64,000 bases of DNA from Eledone cirrhosa. Taxonomy: Eukaryota. Position numbers and translations under genes: made by a program. How positions within the stretch are numbered: the first letter of the stretch is position 1; each line of letters begins with the position of its first letter. Location: positions 80,414,001 to 80,478,000 of the forward strand of contig OZ024740.1 in NCBI GenBank assembly GCA_964016885.1, given 5' to 3'. The notes under the pieces were generated by a model. It was given only the letters and a program-made list of their open reading frames with translations, made no database searches and had not been told where the DNA came from. Below are positions 51,881-64,000 of the stretch, piece after piece.

Positions 51881-54800
51881 TTGAGATAACTTGACTAGAC
51901 AGGATGCAAAGTCTCACTCTTTAGAAACGCTAAAGAGTGAGGAGATAGTCTTGGTGCCCTCCTACTGCGGGCAGAAAATTGTGAGGGTCAAAGTGACCCA
52001 GGTCCCACCCGGCGTGCCCATACCTTGGCTGGCCGCGTCTGTCCTTGCTGAAATCGATAACAGGAAGACCATGCTGAAAGTAGAAAAAATAGGGAGAGAG
52101 AACTGCTCAGGTATAGGCATGCACATGCTTATACAAACTGACCAGGAATGTATCGACGCTATCCCCGATATCATAGACATCGAGGAAGGACTCCAACTCC
52201 CTATAAGTGTAGAAGAAAGACGCCAAAATGTTATCTCTGTGGAGTCGAAGGGTCACCTCAGGGCCTTTTGCTCGAAGAAGACAGCAAAGAAGGCCCCTCT
52301 CCTTCAAAATACCTGGTCCGCTGCTACCAAGAGCAGGGCTGGCAACAAACGAAGAAGCCCCTTCCGCGATGAGTAGGTAGGTAACGTCCGTAGCACCCGT
52401 ACCAAGGCCACGGACAACTAAAGCAGCATCATCAGTGGCGGCAATACCAATAGCTACATTTGAAGTAGCTACACCAGCAACAAAATTGCCAAAGAGGGAA
52501 CCACTACCACCACTAACAGCCGTGGAGCACATACCGCTCCCAGACGCCACAGAATCCGACATGGATTTTGAGGCGGGAGTGAAGTGGCAAACGGTCTGCC
52601 ACAAAAAAGAAAAAAGAAAAAAACCCTTAGATTCACCCCCCCCCCCCCCAAAACGATGGCATACAAAGAGGGGTAAAGGCAGCAAGGAAACTTGCAGCAA
52701 CACCACCACAAGCACCACTGACAACAACAACCACACCACCACCAGCATCGCCAAAAACACCAACAACGCAAACACAACAAGACATACACGCCAAACAGCA
52801 ACAAAATCACCCCCCCCCCCCAAAAAAAAGTACACAGCCATAAACATGGCAAAAAAAGAACTCATACAATATATAAAGCAGCACACAGACATCACAGAAA
52901 AAACTACTACACCCCACCAACACCAAGAACTCTCCCGACAAACATAAGCATCATCGAGATCTCAATAGAACAGTACAAACCTTTAAAACAAAAATTCCCC
53001 AACGCAGTTGGAGACTTCAGAGGTTCGGTTACCAAGAGGATATACACTGACATCCTCTTGGAAACACCCATGACCAGCGAAAGGGACGGTTCTACTGTCC
53101 CTTCACCACACGAACAAGGTAAGTGACTTTTCTCACTTGCCCCGTTTCTCATCCAACATGGCCGTACTCAGAATAGGCAGTATAAATGCACGTGGCCTGG
53201 GGTCATCTTGGAAGCAGGGTCACCTGCTCAGCGACCTCAGGTCACTAAACATAGATGTGGTGGCCATCAGTGAAACCAGAATCTCCGAAGCACAAGCCTT
53301 CGCACCGATCTTCGGCGGCTACAATGTATACGCATCTCCCAGCCGTCCAGGATCGGGGGGAGGGGTTGCCGTCCTTTTTCGGAGAGGCTTGGATCTCGCG
53401 ATATGGGCTATCTTCCTAGACCCAGAAGGTAAGTCCGTGGTGCTGGACGTGACTGGCAGCGAAGGCAATGCTTTCAGGCTAGTAGCCGTCTACGCCCCAA
53501 CAGGGGCAGGACGGCCAGATTTCTTCAGACGTCTAGAGACCTTTCTTGGAACGTCCCGCTCTTTAGTGTTAGTTGGCGACTGGAACGGTATCTTGGATGC
53601 ACGCTGGGATCGTGTGGGGCTAGTGGATAGGGGAGGATGTTGCAAGAGCCTCACCAACCTGCTCAGACGTTTTGATCTGTCTGCCAGTTATCGACTGGAT
53701 CACTCGAATGTGCCAATGTGGACATGGACAAACCGCATCGAGTCATCCAGATCGTATCTCAATAGGGTATTCTGCAGAGAACTAGATAAGGCTAGTATAA
53801 GTTGTCCACAATTTAAAATAGTCGACTACACAGTCCACAAATTTGTGATCTGTGAGATCGACATAGACAGACTTCATAGACAAGGGCCTGGTTACTGGAA
53901 GCTTAACGCATCTTTCCCGGCGCGCAAAGCTTACAGAGACCGGATTAGCCTATTAGTTAAGCGGGCGTTGACGAGAGCGGTCGTCAACAACAGGTGGTGG
54001 TTCGCCCTGAAAAGGGCAATTAAAGTAGAGTCGATTAGGTTTAGCAAAGGAGTAGTGATAGAGGAAAATAGAGTAGAGGGAGAGCTTGTCAGAAAGCTAG
54101 AAGAGGCGTTTAGGACAGGCATCGCAACCGACGTGCTTGCGGCGAGATTGGCACTCGACCAATTCTTCAACGCAAAACACGAAGGCTGCGTTGTCAGAGC
54201 TAGAGCGCGTGCTCTGAAACACGAGGCGACAAAAGCCGTCCAATGGGCCCGGGTGGCAGAGGCCCAACGTGGCAACAAAACCACGATTCGGTCTTTGTCT
54301 GACCAAAACGGGTGCGTGATGCTCGAACCCGAGCGGATGTGTGAAGCTTTTCAGCAGCACTTTGCTGTACTGTTCGGGAGCGGCGGCGGCCCGGATCGGG
54401 GCATGGACTTCAGTGCATACCTCGACGGACTGCCTCGGCTCTCGACGACCGCAGCACAGTGTTGCGAAAAGCCAATAACAGCCGGTGAAATACGGGAAGC
54501 GATGGCTAACTGCACAAGAGGTAAATCGCCAGGTTTGAATGGTCTGCCCTACGAGCTTTATGCATTTATGCCAGACTTGTTTGGTGACCTCTTGGCAGAC
54601 GTCTACTGCAACTGGCAACAGAACGGGAGCATTCCCAGTTTTGTGAGCCGGGGAGCAGTGGCGCTGCTGAGAAAAGACCCAAACAAGGGGGATGTTATCG
54701 ATAAGCTCAGGCCCATAACCCTGCTAAACTCAGAGTTCAAGATTTTAGCCAAGGTGTTAGCAACGAGGTTGGCGCTTGTCAAGGGTCTGGTGGGAGAGGC

Positions 54801-55843
54801 ACAGACATGCGCCATTCCGGATAGATCCATACACGACAACCTCCACCTCATGCGATACATCATAGAGAGGGTGGTTAAGGAACCTGGCACGGGTGGGGCC
54901 CTGAGCAACTTGGATCAATCCAAAGCATTCGATAAGGTCGACCATCGGTACCTGGCGGCGGTCCTCGAGGCAGCCGGTTTCGGGCCCGTTTTCAGGGGTT
55001 GGATCGTAGCAATGTACAGCGACATCTGCTCAGTTGTGAGAGTGAACGGTCACCTGTCGCAGCCGTTCAGCATCATGCGCTCAGTCCGCCAGGTTTGTCC
55101 CCTCTCGTCCCTCTTTTACGTATTGGCTCTCGAACCGTTACTGCACAAACTGGGGGCGATGAGGGGCGTCCCACGCGAACTAGGATGCGGGAAATCCGAG
55201 TCGGCTTACGCTGCCGACGTCACCGTGGTGGTATCGAGCACCAGACACGTCCAGATGCTCGATACCGATCTCAAGGAATACGAAGCGGTGACAGGTGCAA
55301 AGATAAACCAAGAAAAGTTGGCGGGCTTGCAGATCGGCACCTGGAGAGGAAAGTTCATGCCGTCCGACAGCGTCGTGGGGCGTTGGACGGACGGACCGGT
55401 TAAATTGCTCGGGGTCTGGTTCGGACCGGACCTCCAGATGGGGAAAAAGGGAACGAGGTGACCAGCAGGGTGGCCTCCCTCACCCAGAAATGGGCCGAGA
55501 GGAAGCTGTCCCTGAAAGGCCGGGCGGAGGTGGCGAATGCGTACATCGCATCCGTTATCTGCTACCGCCTCACCGTCGTCTCTTGCTCCAGCCCAACTCT
55601 CACCAAAATGGAGCGCCTCCTCTTCCGCTTTTTGTGGAAGGGACGCGCTCCCATGGTCAGACGATCCATCTGCTGTCAACACCCGTTGCGTGGAGGACTG
55701 GGCATGCCATGGCTGATGATGCGCAAACATGCGCTGATGAGCGACATCTCTGGTGCTTCCTTGATGGTGAACGGGTGTGGTCGCCGTTCGCCAGGCACGT
55801 TTTCCCACAGCTCGTCTCCTTGACGGAGCTGCAGACCTGGGTC
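51881..55843 (+). mobile_element. Tx1/L1-type element A: partial ORF1 + APE-RT ORF2, 3' end replaced by Dong sequence
   Basis: ORF1 pieces 51891..53126; ORF2 53158..55461 plus 55458.. Confidence 0.92.
53158..55461 (+). CDS. Tx1/L1 ORF2 (apurinic-like endonuclease + RT), probably inactive
   Basis: IGSINARGL, ISETR, VYAP, LVGDWN, GYWKLN, KSPGLNGL, RPITLLN, LDQSKAFD, SVRQVCPLS, AYAADV (YADD mutated). Confidence 0.88.
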   Translation: MAVLRIGSINARGLGSSWKQGHLLSDLRSLNIDVVAISETRISEAQAFAPIFGGYNVYASPSRPGSGGGVAVLFRRGLDLAIWAIFLDPEGKSVVLDVTGSEGNAFRLVAVYAPTGAGRPDFFRRLETFLGTSRSLVLVGDWNGILDARWDRVGLVDRGGCCKSLTNLLRRFDLSASYRLDHSNVPMWTWTNRIESSRSYLNRVFCRELDKASISCPQFKIVDYTVHKFVICEIDIDRLHRQGPGYWKLNASFPARKAYRDRISLLVKRALTRAVVNNRWWFALKRAIKVESIRFSKGVVIEENRVEGELVRKLEEAFRTGIATDVLAARLALDQFFNAKHEGCVVRARARALKHEATKAVQWARVAEAQRGNKTTIRSLSDQNGCVMLEPERMCEAFQQHFAVLFGSGGGPDRGMDFSAYLDGLPRLSTTAAQCCEKPITAGEIREAMANCTRGKSPGLNGLPYELYAFMPDLFGDLLADVYCNWQQNGSIPSFVSRGAVALLRKDPNKGDVIDKLRPITLLNSEFKILAKVLATRLALVKGLVGEAQTCAIPDRSIHDNLHLMRYIIERVVKEPGTGGALSNLDQSKAFDKVDHRYLAAVLEAAGFGPVFRGWIVAMYSDICSVVRVNGHLSQPFSIMRSVRQVCPLSSLFYVLALEPLLHKLGAMRGVPRELGCGKSESAYAADVTVVVSSTRHVQMLDTDLKEYEAVTGAKINQEKLAGLQIGTWRGKFMPSDSVVGRWTDGPVKLLGVWFGPDLQMGKKGTR

Positions 55844-55845
55844 AG

Positions 55846-56515
55846 AATATTTACAAGGAGGAGGCAAGCCCACTGTGCATGATCTGTGGAGAGAGAGAGG
55901 AGACTGTGGCTCACATTGTATCCGAGTGTAAACACCTAGCCCAGACTCACTATAAGGACTGGAGACATGATGTGATGGGCAGGGTGATACACTGGCACCT
56001 ATGAAAAGTAAACAATTTACCACATTCTGAGAAGTGGTATGAGCATAAGCCAGAGTCGGTTATCGAAAACGATCAGGTGAAGGTGCTGTGGGATTTTAGG
56101 ATACAGACGGACAAGAAACTGGAACACAATAGACCTGACCTGGTGGTTTTGGACAAAGAAAAAAGATCGTGCTTGATTGTGGATGTGGCCTGCCCATTCG
56201 ACACGAGAGTGCAAGAGAAGGAAAGGGAGAAAATTAACCGATACCAGGACTTAAAGTGGGCGGTAAAAAGGATTTGGAACTGCCATGAAGTCAGATTGTC
56301 ATAGGCGCACTAGGTACTATCTCAAATAGTTTCCAGGGATGGTTAAAGAAAATTGGCCCCGCCACGCTTTTTGGAACGCTTCAAAAGACATGCTTGCTGG
56401 GGACAGCAAGAACCCTCCGATACGTCCTGAATATCTGAGGCTGCAGGTAGTGGCTTGATATTCATTTCAACAAACTTTCCAGTTAACTAACATCAATGAC
56501 TGAGACTCAAAGAAC

Positions 56516-56536
<21 letters not shown>
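55846..56536 (+). mobile_element. Dong-type 3' fragment (zinc knuckle + RLE + tail) fused to Tx1 element A
   Basis: YKEEASPLCMICGEREETVAHIVSEC..RHD..NRPDLVV; (TAA)n tail. Confidence 0.9.
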
Positions 56537-56584
<48 letters not shown>

Positions 56585-56962
56585 GGCGACCTACGTAGTA
56601 AATCGTATAATCGTGAGCTCCGCAAAGGTTTGTTATTTCCGTTTGTTAAAAATTGTCATTTATGGAAAATTTTATTGTTAACTGTTTATAAGCGCACATA
56701 CGTTGTTTTCCGAAAAGGACACCCAAAAAGATTGGGGCCTTGTGCCCAAAATTTAAACTTTTATTATTATCAAAAAATTCTTTGAAAAAATGGCTAATTC
56801 ACCTCTGCACCAAGCAGCTGAAAGCCTTCCTCACAAATTAACACCTCACATCGACACCACCATTGTAAATGTTACTACATTTGCCAACACAAAAAAAAAA
56901 TATAAGCAGTAGCAATATTTTAAATTTGTCCTCAGGCAGACATTCATTTCCCGCCATTACCA

Positions 56963-58784
56963 ATGACTGCAGGTGTTAAAGCCTCCACCACCACCACCAC
57001 CGCGACAACCACCACCCCCACCACCACCGCGACAACAGAAACAAAAGAAGAAAAAAATAAATTAACTCGTGATGTCGAAATGAAATCAAGCAAAATGGAC
57101 TCTTCCCCACCGAAGACGACTAACGTCACCACCACCACAACTGAAACTAAAATTAATATTAACACAAATAACGATAGCAACAAGAACAATGACATTATAA
57201 AACCGACCCTCAGTTTCGCCAGAGTAGCAAAACAGTTCGAAGCATTTACGGTAACTCAGGAGGATTTAGAAAATGCCAAACAAATGGTAAAGAAAGATGG
57301 GTACAGGGTCAGCCTCACCCGCCCACCTAATAAAATGGAGCATCGGCGCCTATGCACCGTGTCGTATAGAACAATAAATGTAAAATCGCGCCGAGTGGAA
57401 CGGGCATCCGAGTCCCAAATCCAAAAAGCTTTGGGACATGTGTGGGCAAGAAAAACCCACATCAGACGTGGGCAAAAGTATGGAACCGTGGACGTGTTCT
57501 TTGAAACACCAGAGGAGGCTAGAGAACACTCCATGGCCCCATTAAGAAGTGACGACTTCACACTCGTCCCAAGCTACTGTGGTCAGAGACTCGTAAAGAT
57601 CAGGGTGACCCACGTTCCACCAGCCATCGAAATTCCCTGGCTAATAGCGGCCGTCCTCGCCGGCATCGAAGCCAACACAAAAATAATAGCAATAGCAAAA
57701 GAAAAGCAGGAGAACTGGTCCGGATCTGGGATGGAGCTCCTGATCCAAGCGGACCAAAAAAGCATTGAGGAGATCCCAGAGGTAATAGACCTCACTGACG
57801 GCAGCCACCTCACGGTAATTGTCGAGGGCAGAAGACCTAGGTGTGTCGTTTGTTGTGAAGGAACCCACCTAAGGGCTTTCTGCCCTCAGGCTAAAAGTTT
57901 GAGGCCACCTCTCCTACCCACCCCAGTGACACAACCATCAACACCACCAGTAGCAGAGATGGCAGCAAAAACTGTATCAGCAACAACAGAAGCAACTATA
58001 ACAGCAACAACCCCAGCAACAGTAGCAAAACCAACACCACCACCACCACCAGCAAAACCAACACCACCACTACCCAACGCTTCAGAACTAGCACCAGCGC
58101 CTACACCATCCACCACGCCACAACCAAAATTAAACGCCTGTGGAGGATTTTCCACTCCCCGGCCTATCACAACTGGAGACAGATTGTGACGACGAGGAGT
58201 GGGAAACGATATCCGGAAAAAAAAAAAGAAACCAAAAAAGAAAAAATTCTCCACCTTCCCCCTCCAAAAACAAAATACAGAGGGAAACAAATAAATTAAG
58301 AAACAAAAAAGTTAGGACAGATATACCACCATCCACACCAGTATCACCAACCCCATCAACCCAAACACCAACACCATCACCATCATTAACCCCAACACCA
58401 CCATCACCTACACCACAAAAGTCACCAAAATGCGAAACAGAAACAAACCCACAACAAACGCAAACAAAACAAAACAACCAAAACGATACACACAACACAG
58501 CATTAAATTTGAACAACAAGCAATTATTACACTACATCCAACACAACACCAGCATCACAGAAAAAGACTACACAACAACCCCAAAATTCACACCACCTCC
58601 ACACATACAAATCCCTCGCATCACACAGAAAACGTACATGAAACTAAAACAAAAATTCCCCAAAGACATCGGAGACTTCCGACAAACACTCTCCAGGAGG
58701 ATTTATAAGGACATCCTTCCTGAGGAGGCCACAAGCAGTGAAAAGGATGGAAAAACCGTCCTTCCCCTACGAGAAGTAAGGTAA
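56963..58784 (+). CDS. Tx1 ORF1 (gag-like zinc knuckle), frameshifted near 58140
   Basis: CVVCCEGTHLRAFC (CX2CX4HX4C); Pro/Thr-rich tail; WETISGKKKR segment in the second frame. Confidence 0.8.
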
Positions 58785-58818
58785 GTGGTCTTTCCCGTCT
58801 TTTCCACTCCTTTGCAAC

Positions 58819-61800
58819 ATGACCTCACTCAGAATAGGCAGCATAAATGCGCGTGGCTTGGGGTCGTCATGGAAGCAGGGCCACCTGCTCAACGACCTCA
58901 GGTCACTAAACATAGATGTAGTGGCCATCAGCGAGACCAGAATCTCCGAAGCACAGGCTTTCGCACCGATCTTCGGCGGCTACGATGTGAACGCATCTCC
59001 CAGCCGTCCGGGATCGGGGGGAGGAGTTGCTGTGCTTTTTCGGAGAGGTTTGGATCTTGCCATACGGGCCATCTTCCTGGACCCAGAAGGTAAGTTGGTG
59101 GTGCTGCACGTGACCAGCGGAGACGGGAAAGCTTTCAGGTTAGTCGCCGTCTATGCCCCGACAGGAGCAGGGCGGCCTGATTTCTTCCGGCGTCTGGAGA
59201 CCTTTCTTGGAACGTCCCGCTCTTTAGTGTTAATGGGCGACTGGAACGGGATCTTAGATGCACGCTGGGATTGTGTGGGATTAGTGGATAGGGAAGGAGG
59301 GTGCAAGAGTCTCACCAACCTGCTCAGACGTTTTGAACTGTCTGACAGGTACCGAATGGATTTCCCGAATGTACCAATGTGGACTTGGACAAATCGCATA
59401 GGGTCATCCAGATCATATCTAGATAGAGTATTTTGTAGGGAAATAGATAGGTCTAGCATATGCTGTCCACAATTCAAGATAGTCAGCTACACGGACCACA
59501 CATTCGTGATCTGTGTGCTTCACTTAGATAGGCTTCATAGGCGAGGACCCGGCTACTGGAAGCTAAACGCGTCCTTACCAGCGCCAAGGCCTACAGAGAC
59601 CGGATTAGCGAACTAGTTAAGCGGGCGTTGACGGGGCCCATCGTCAACAACAAGTAGTGGTTTGCTCTGAAAAGAGCAATTAGAATAGAGTCCATTAGGT
59701 TTAGTAAGACTTTAGCAATAGAGAAAAATAGAGCAGAGGGAGAACTAGTTAGAAAATTAGATGAGGCGCTTAGCAAAGGCATCGCGACCGACGTACTTGT
59801 GGCGAAATTAGCCCTTGACCAATTCTTCAATGCAAAGCACGAAGGCTGCGTTGTCAGAGCTTGGGTGCGTGCTCTCAGACACGAGGGGACGAAAGCCGTT
59901 CAATGGGCCCGAGTGGCGGAGGCGCGTCGTGGCAACAAAGCCACGATCCGGTCTTTGGTGGTCCACGACGGGCGCATGCTACTCGATCCCGGGCAAATGT
60001 GTGAAGCTTTTCAGCGACACTTCGCTCAACTGTTCGGGAGCAGTGGCGGGCCGGATCGAGGGATGGACTTTAGTGTCTACCTCGACGGACTGCCGCGGCT
60101 TTCGGCCACTGAGGCGGAGTGTTGCGAAAAGCCGATAACAACCACTGAAGTACGGGATGCAATGACTAGTTGCACAAGGGGTAAATCGCCTGGTGTGGAT
60201 GGTCTGCCCTATGAACTTTACGTACAAATGTCAAACTTGTTCGGAGGCCTCTTGGTGGACGTCGACTGCAACTGGCAACAGAACGGGAGGATTCCCAGCT
60301 CTGTGAGCCGAGGAGCGGTGGCGCTGCTGAGAAAGGATCCGAACAAGGGGGATAACATAGATAATTTTAGGCCCATAACTCTGCTAAACACAGAGTTCAA
60401 GATTTTGGCCAAGGTGCTAGCAAAGAGGTTGCCTTCGATAGGGTCGACCATCGTTACCTAGCGGCAGTCCTAAGGGCGGCTGGCTTTGGGCCCGTCTTCA
60501 GAGGCTGGATCGCTGCCATGCACAGCGACATCTGCTCTGTAGTGAGAGTGAACGGTCACCTTTCGGAACTGTTCAGCATCATGCGCTCGGTCCGCCCAGG
60601 ATGTCCCCTCTCGTCCCTATTGTACGTATTGACTCTCGAGCCATTACTGCACAAACTGGAGACGTTGAGGGGGGTCCCGCGCGAACTAGGATGCGGACGA
60701 TCCGTGTCAGCATATGCCGACGATGTCACCGTAGTGGTGTCGAACGCCACACACATCGAGGCGATCGGCACTACACTAAGAGAATACGAAGCGGTGACAG
60801 GAGCAATGATCAACCAGGAAAAGTCAGTGGGCCTGCAGCTCGGCACCTGGAGAGGCAGGTCCATGCCGTCCAACAGCGTCGTCGGGCGCTGGACGGACGG
60901 ACCGGTTAAATTGCTAGGTCTGGTTCGGTCCAGACCTCCAGACGGACAAAAACTGGGACGAGGTGACGAGCAGGGTGGCTTCTCTCACCCAGAAATTGGC
61001 CGAGAGGAAGCTATCCCTGAAAGGTCAAGCGGAGGTGGCTAACGCGTACATCGCATCCGTCATCTACTACCGCCTGACCGTTGTACCTTGTCCTAAGCCC
61101 CGCCTGACTGCGCTGGAGCGTTTGCTCTTTCGCTTCTTGTGGAAGGGACGCGCTCCGATGGTCAGGCGGTCCATCTGCTGTCAACACCCGCTACGTGGAG
61201 GGCTGGGCATGCCGTGGCTGATGATGCGCAGACACGCGCTCAGGCTACGACATCTCCACCTCTTCCTCGACGGTGATCAGGTGTGGTCGCCGTTTGCTAG
61301 ACACGTTTTTCCCCAGCTCGTCTCCTTGACGGAGCTGCAGTCCTGGGTCAAGCGAAGACCGAGAGGGAGCGCTTGGAGACTGGAATGTCTTCAGGCGTTC
61401 ACAGCCCTCGACCAATCGGGCAATGTGATCGGTGGAAACTCCACCTTGGCGTTCTATAGGGGATTAGTGGAGGGGAAGAGCGACGACGTACTTGGAAAAA
61501 CTCTAGGCGTCGACGAAAATCAACTAGCCAATCTCTTCGGAAGGACTTTCGGGCCGGGGCCTATGGACAACTTCTAGAAATCCCTGGCCTGGCAGTGCTA
61601 CCGGGGTGCTTTGCCAGTTCGGGATAAACTTTACAGGCATGGAGGTGCCGTCAGCCGGGCATGTCCGAGATGCGCACAGGGCGACGAAACCGTCCTGCAT
61701 GCACTCGTCCAATGTCCGAGCATTGCTGACCTGTGGGTTTATGTCGAACACCTGCTGTCACGTGTAGGAAGGATCCAGCTATCAGCTGAGTCCATCGTGA

Positions 61801-62078
61801 GGATTGCCCCGCCCTCTTCCTTTAGCCGGGAAGGGCAGGCAGTTTTTATCTGTCTGGTGGCCATGGCGAAAGAGATAGTATGGTGGACACGTTTGAAAGG
61901 GCTGAAGACGAGCACTTACCTCTTCGGTGATGCCCTGATTAACTTTTTCAAATTTCATCTGAAAAGGAAAATCAGGGTAGAGAGGGAAGTGCTCTCTTCC
62001 CAGCATTTTGTTGAAAGATGGGTGAGAGAAGCAAGTATGGCCCGAATGAATGGGCCTTCTCTGAGTATGTGTCTGTAA
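58819..62078 (+). pseudogene. Tx1 ORF2 (APE-RT-zinc finger) with frameshifts, stops and a ~150-bp deletion near 60431
   Basis: ORFs 58819..59616, 59799..60461, 60518..61042, 60963..61577 and 61611..62078 (CPRC..ETVLHALVQC). Confidence 0.92.
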
Positions 62079-62321
62079 ATTAAAGGTGGAAAACTGGGAG
62101 AGGGCACTTGCCCTGGTGGTCAGGGCCACTGTGGTCTTTTAATCGTCTTTCTCCACAAATGTCCCTCGGAAGTCTCCCCCCTATTGGGGAATTTTTCTTT
62201 GTTATTTTATTTCATCCTCTGTTTTTTATACACGTAGAAATGCCCATTTGTACCGTCCTGTATTGTCCTGTACTGTCCTTAATGTCTACTTTATGTAAAC
62301 CCTTGTGGTTAATAAAGAAAA

Positions 62322-62352
<31 letters not shown>

Positions 62353-64000
62353 GAATGCTATGGTTGACGGAGGCTCGGCTCTGTAAGGTATTGTAAATTT
62401 TGAACGCTATAACAATTGTAAATTGTTTAAAACTTAGACCAACTTGTAGACAAAAACACCCTCCTCCTCGTGAGAGGGTCTTTCTGCCGGTTATTTGGCC
62501 CTTCGGGGTTAAATAACTGCTTATTGGTGTTTTGTACCCAATATTTATTTTAAACAAAAAAAACAACATGGCTACGAAAAAGAATTTGCATGGGTCACTC
62601 CCACTCATTCCGTCTTCTTCTTCTCCAATCGTCTCTACAGCAGAGAGAAGATTGTCTCTCTCCCTCCCTTCTTTAAATGTGTCTCTCTCCCTCCCTTCTC
62701 TTTCGCAAGCGACGAAAGAAAAGAAAAGTCTCGTGCAAAGCGTGCAAGGTTTCTGCACGACGACGACGACGACAGCGACGAAACAGGTGTGCGGTAAATA
62801 CGAAAACCCAGTTCATTCGTCTGACGTCAGGAATAATAGCAGTAGCAGCCGTAATAACAACAGCAACAGTGACAATAAAAACAACAGTAGCAGCCACAAC
62901 AGCATCACCAGCAGCATAAACAACAACAGCATTAGCAGCAGCAACACCAACAACAACCACAGCAACAGCGGCGGAGGCAGTAGTCGTAGTACCTGCAGCA
63001 ACAACAAAAGTAACAGCAGCTCTGACGACAACAACAACAACAGCAGCAAAAAAAACTAATCTCATTTGCAGGTATTGCGAAAAACTTGGAAACAATCCTC
63101 ATAACAAATGAGGAATTAGAGGAAGCGAAGAAGATGGTGACAAAGACCGGACACCGAGCAATCTGCAAGGCAGCGGAAAAATTTTTCGAAACCCAACAGC
63201 ACTGTACGGTCACGCACCGTACAGTAAGTACAAAATCCCGTAGGGTGGAAAGAGCCACAGAGGCTCAAATACAAAAGCCTTGGGGTCTGTGTAGCAGCGG
63301 AAAACGCACATCACCCGAGGCAAAAAATATGCCACCGTAGACGTACTTTTTGCCACACCCCAGGAGGCAAAGGCCCAATCCGTAGTGACCCTAAGGAGCG
63401 AGGAAATGGTGTTGGTGCCCTCCTGCGGGCAAAAGATTGTGAGGGTCAAACTGACCCACGTCCCCCCCGGGATTGCCCCTTCTTGGCTGGCCGCGTCTGT
63501 CCTCGTCGGAATCGAGGACAAAACAACTGTACTGCAAGTACAGAAAAAAGTAAGAGAAGATTGGGTCGGCACCTCCATTGAGATTCTAATCCAAACCAAC
63601 CAGGAGTGCATCGAAGCTATCCCGGATGTGATAGACTTCGATAACGGCACTCAACTGCCCATAAGTGCTGAGGGAAAACGCCCGAAATGCTTTCGCTGTG
63701 GATCGAAGACTCACCTCAGGGCCCTCTGCAACGAGAAGACCCTGAGAAAGGAGAAAACCCCCCTCCTTCCGAAACCGGCTCCACGGCTACCAGCATCAGG
63801 ACAAGCGGCAACCAGGAACGATAGGTCCGTGGCACCCATACCCACGCCACGGAAATCAAAAAACAGCAGCAGCAGTGGAAATATTAACAACAACAACAGC
63901 AATACCAAATGCAGCTGCAACAGAGACTCCAGTGCAAACATCAACAACAACAAGTGAAAGAGTGGATCTGGTACCCCTCCCCGACCTCACAGAATCAGAC
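62353..64000 (+). mobile_element. Tx1/L1-type element C: 5' UTR + frameshifted ORF1, running off the window
   Basis: Starts right after (TTA)n; KSRRVERATEAQIQK, LVPSCGQKIVRVKLTHVPPG and CFRCGSKTHLRALC are homologous to ORF1 of A and B. Confidence 0.88.

Larger units (their letters stand above)
56585..62322 (+). mobile_element. Full-length Tx1/L1-type element B, flanked on both sides by (TTA)n
   Basis: 5' UTR, ORF1, ORF2 with AYADDV, 3' UTR with AATAAA; (TTA)n at 56537-56584 and 62323-62352. Confidence 0.93.

Noticed and set aside
63056-63075. Branch point plus acceptor ctaatctcatttgcag
   Set aside because: Reads LISFAGIAK, homologous to TLSFARVAK in ORF1 of element B; a frameshift in the A-run explains it.

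Overview
AT-rich eukaryotic (animal) DNA made almost entirely of repeats. The (TA)n/(CA)n/(TTA)n/(TCTA)n microsatellites and a tRNA-derived SINE resemble Octopus-type cephalopod DNA; the organism is an inference. No intact host gene is visible, only one candidate promoter plus exon near 10.2-10.7 kb. 1-40 kb: two degenerate Penelope-like elements (PLE; RT plus C-terminal GIY-YIG with a CxC-x5-C-x5-C linker, most like the Hydra clade), a third GIY-YIG fragment missed by the ORF track, and about 15 short non-coding inverted/tandem elements sitting in (TA)n tracts. About ten of the element families carry a hammerhead ribozyme (HHR) that folds by eye, several with a compensatory U3-A8 core; this retrozyme-like population is the main hidden signal. 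The same region holds two non-autonomous Helitrons and a decayed Helitron PIF1 helicase. 40-64 kb: a cluster of non-LTR retrotransposons, namely R4/Dong-type RT-RLE elements tailed by (TAA)n, Tx1/L1-type elements stacked in (TTA)n, and one Tx1-Dong chimera. A 260-bp tandem/inverted unit at 44.3-44.9 kb contains a tRNA-like cloverleaf. All coordinates and folds were determined by eye, so boundaries may be off by several bases.
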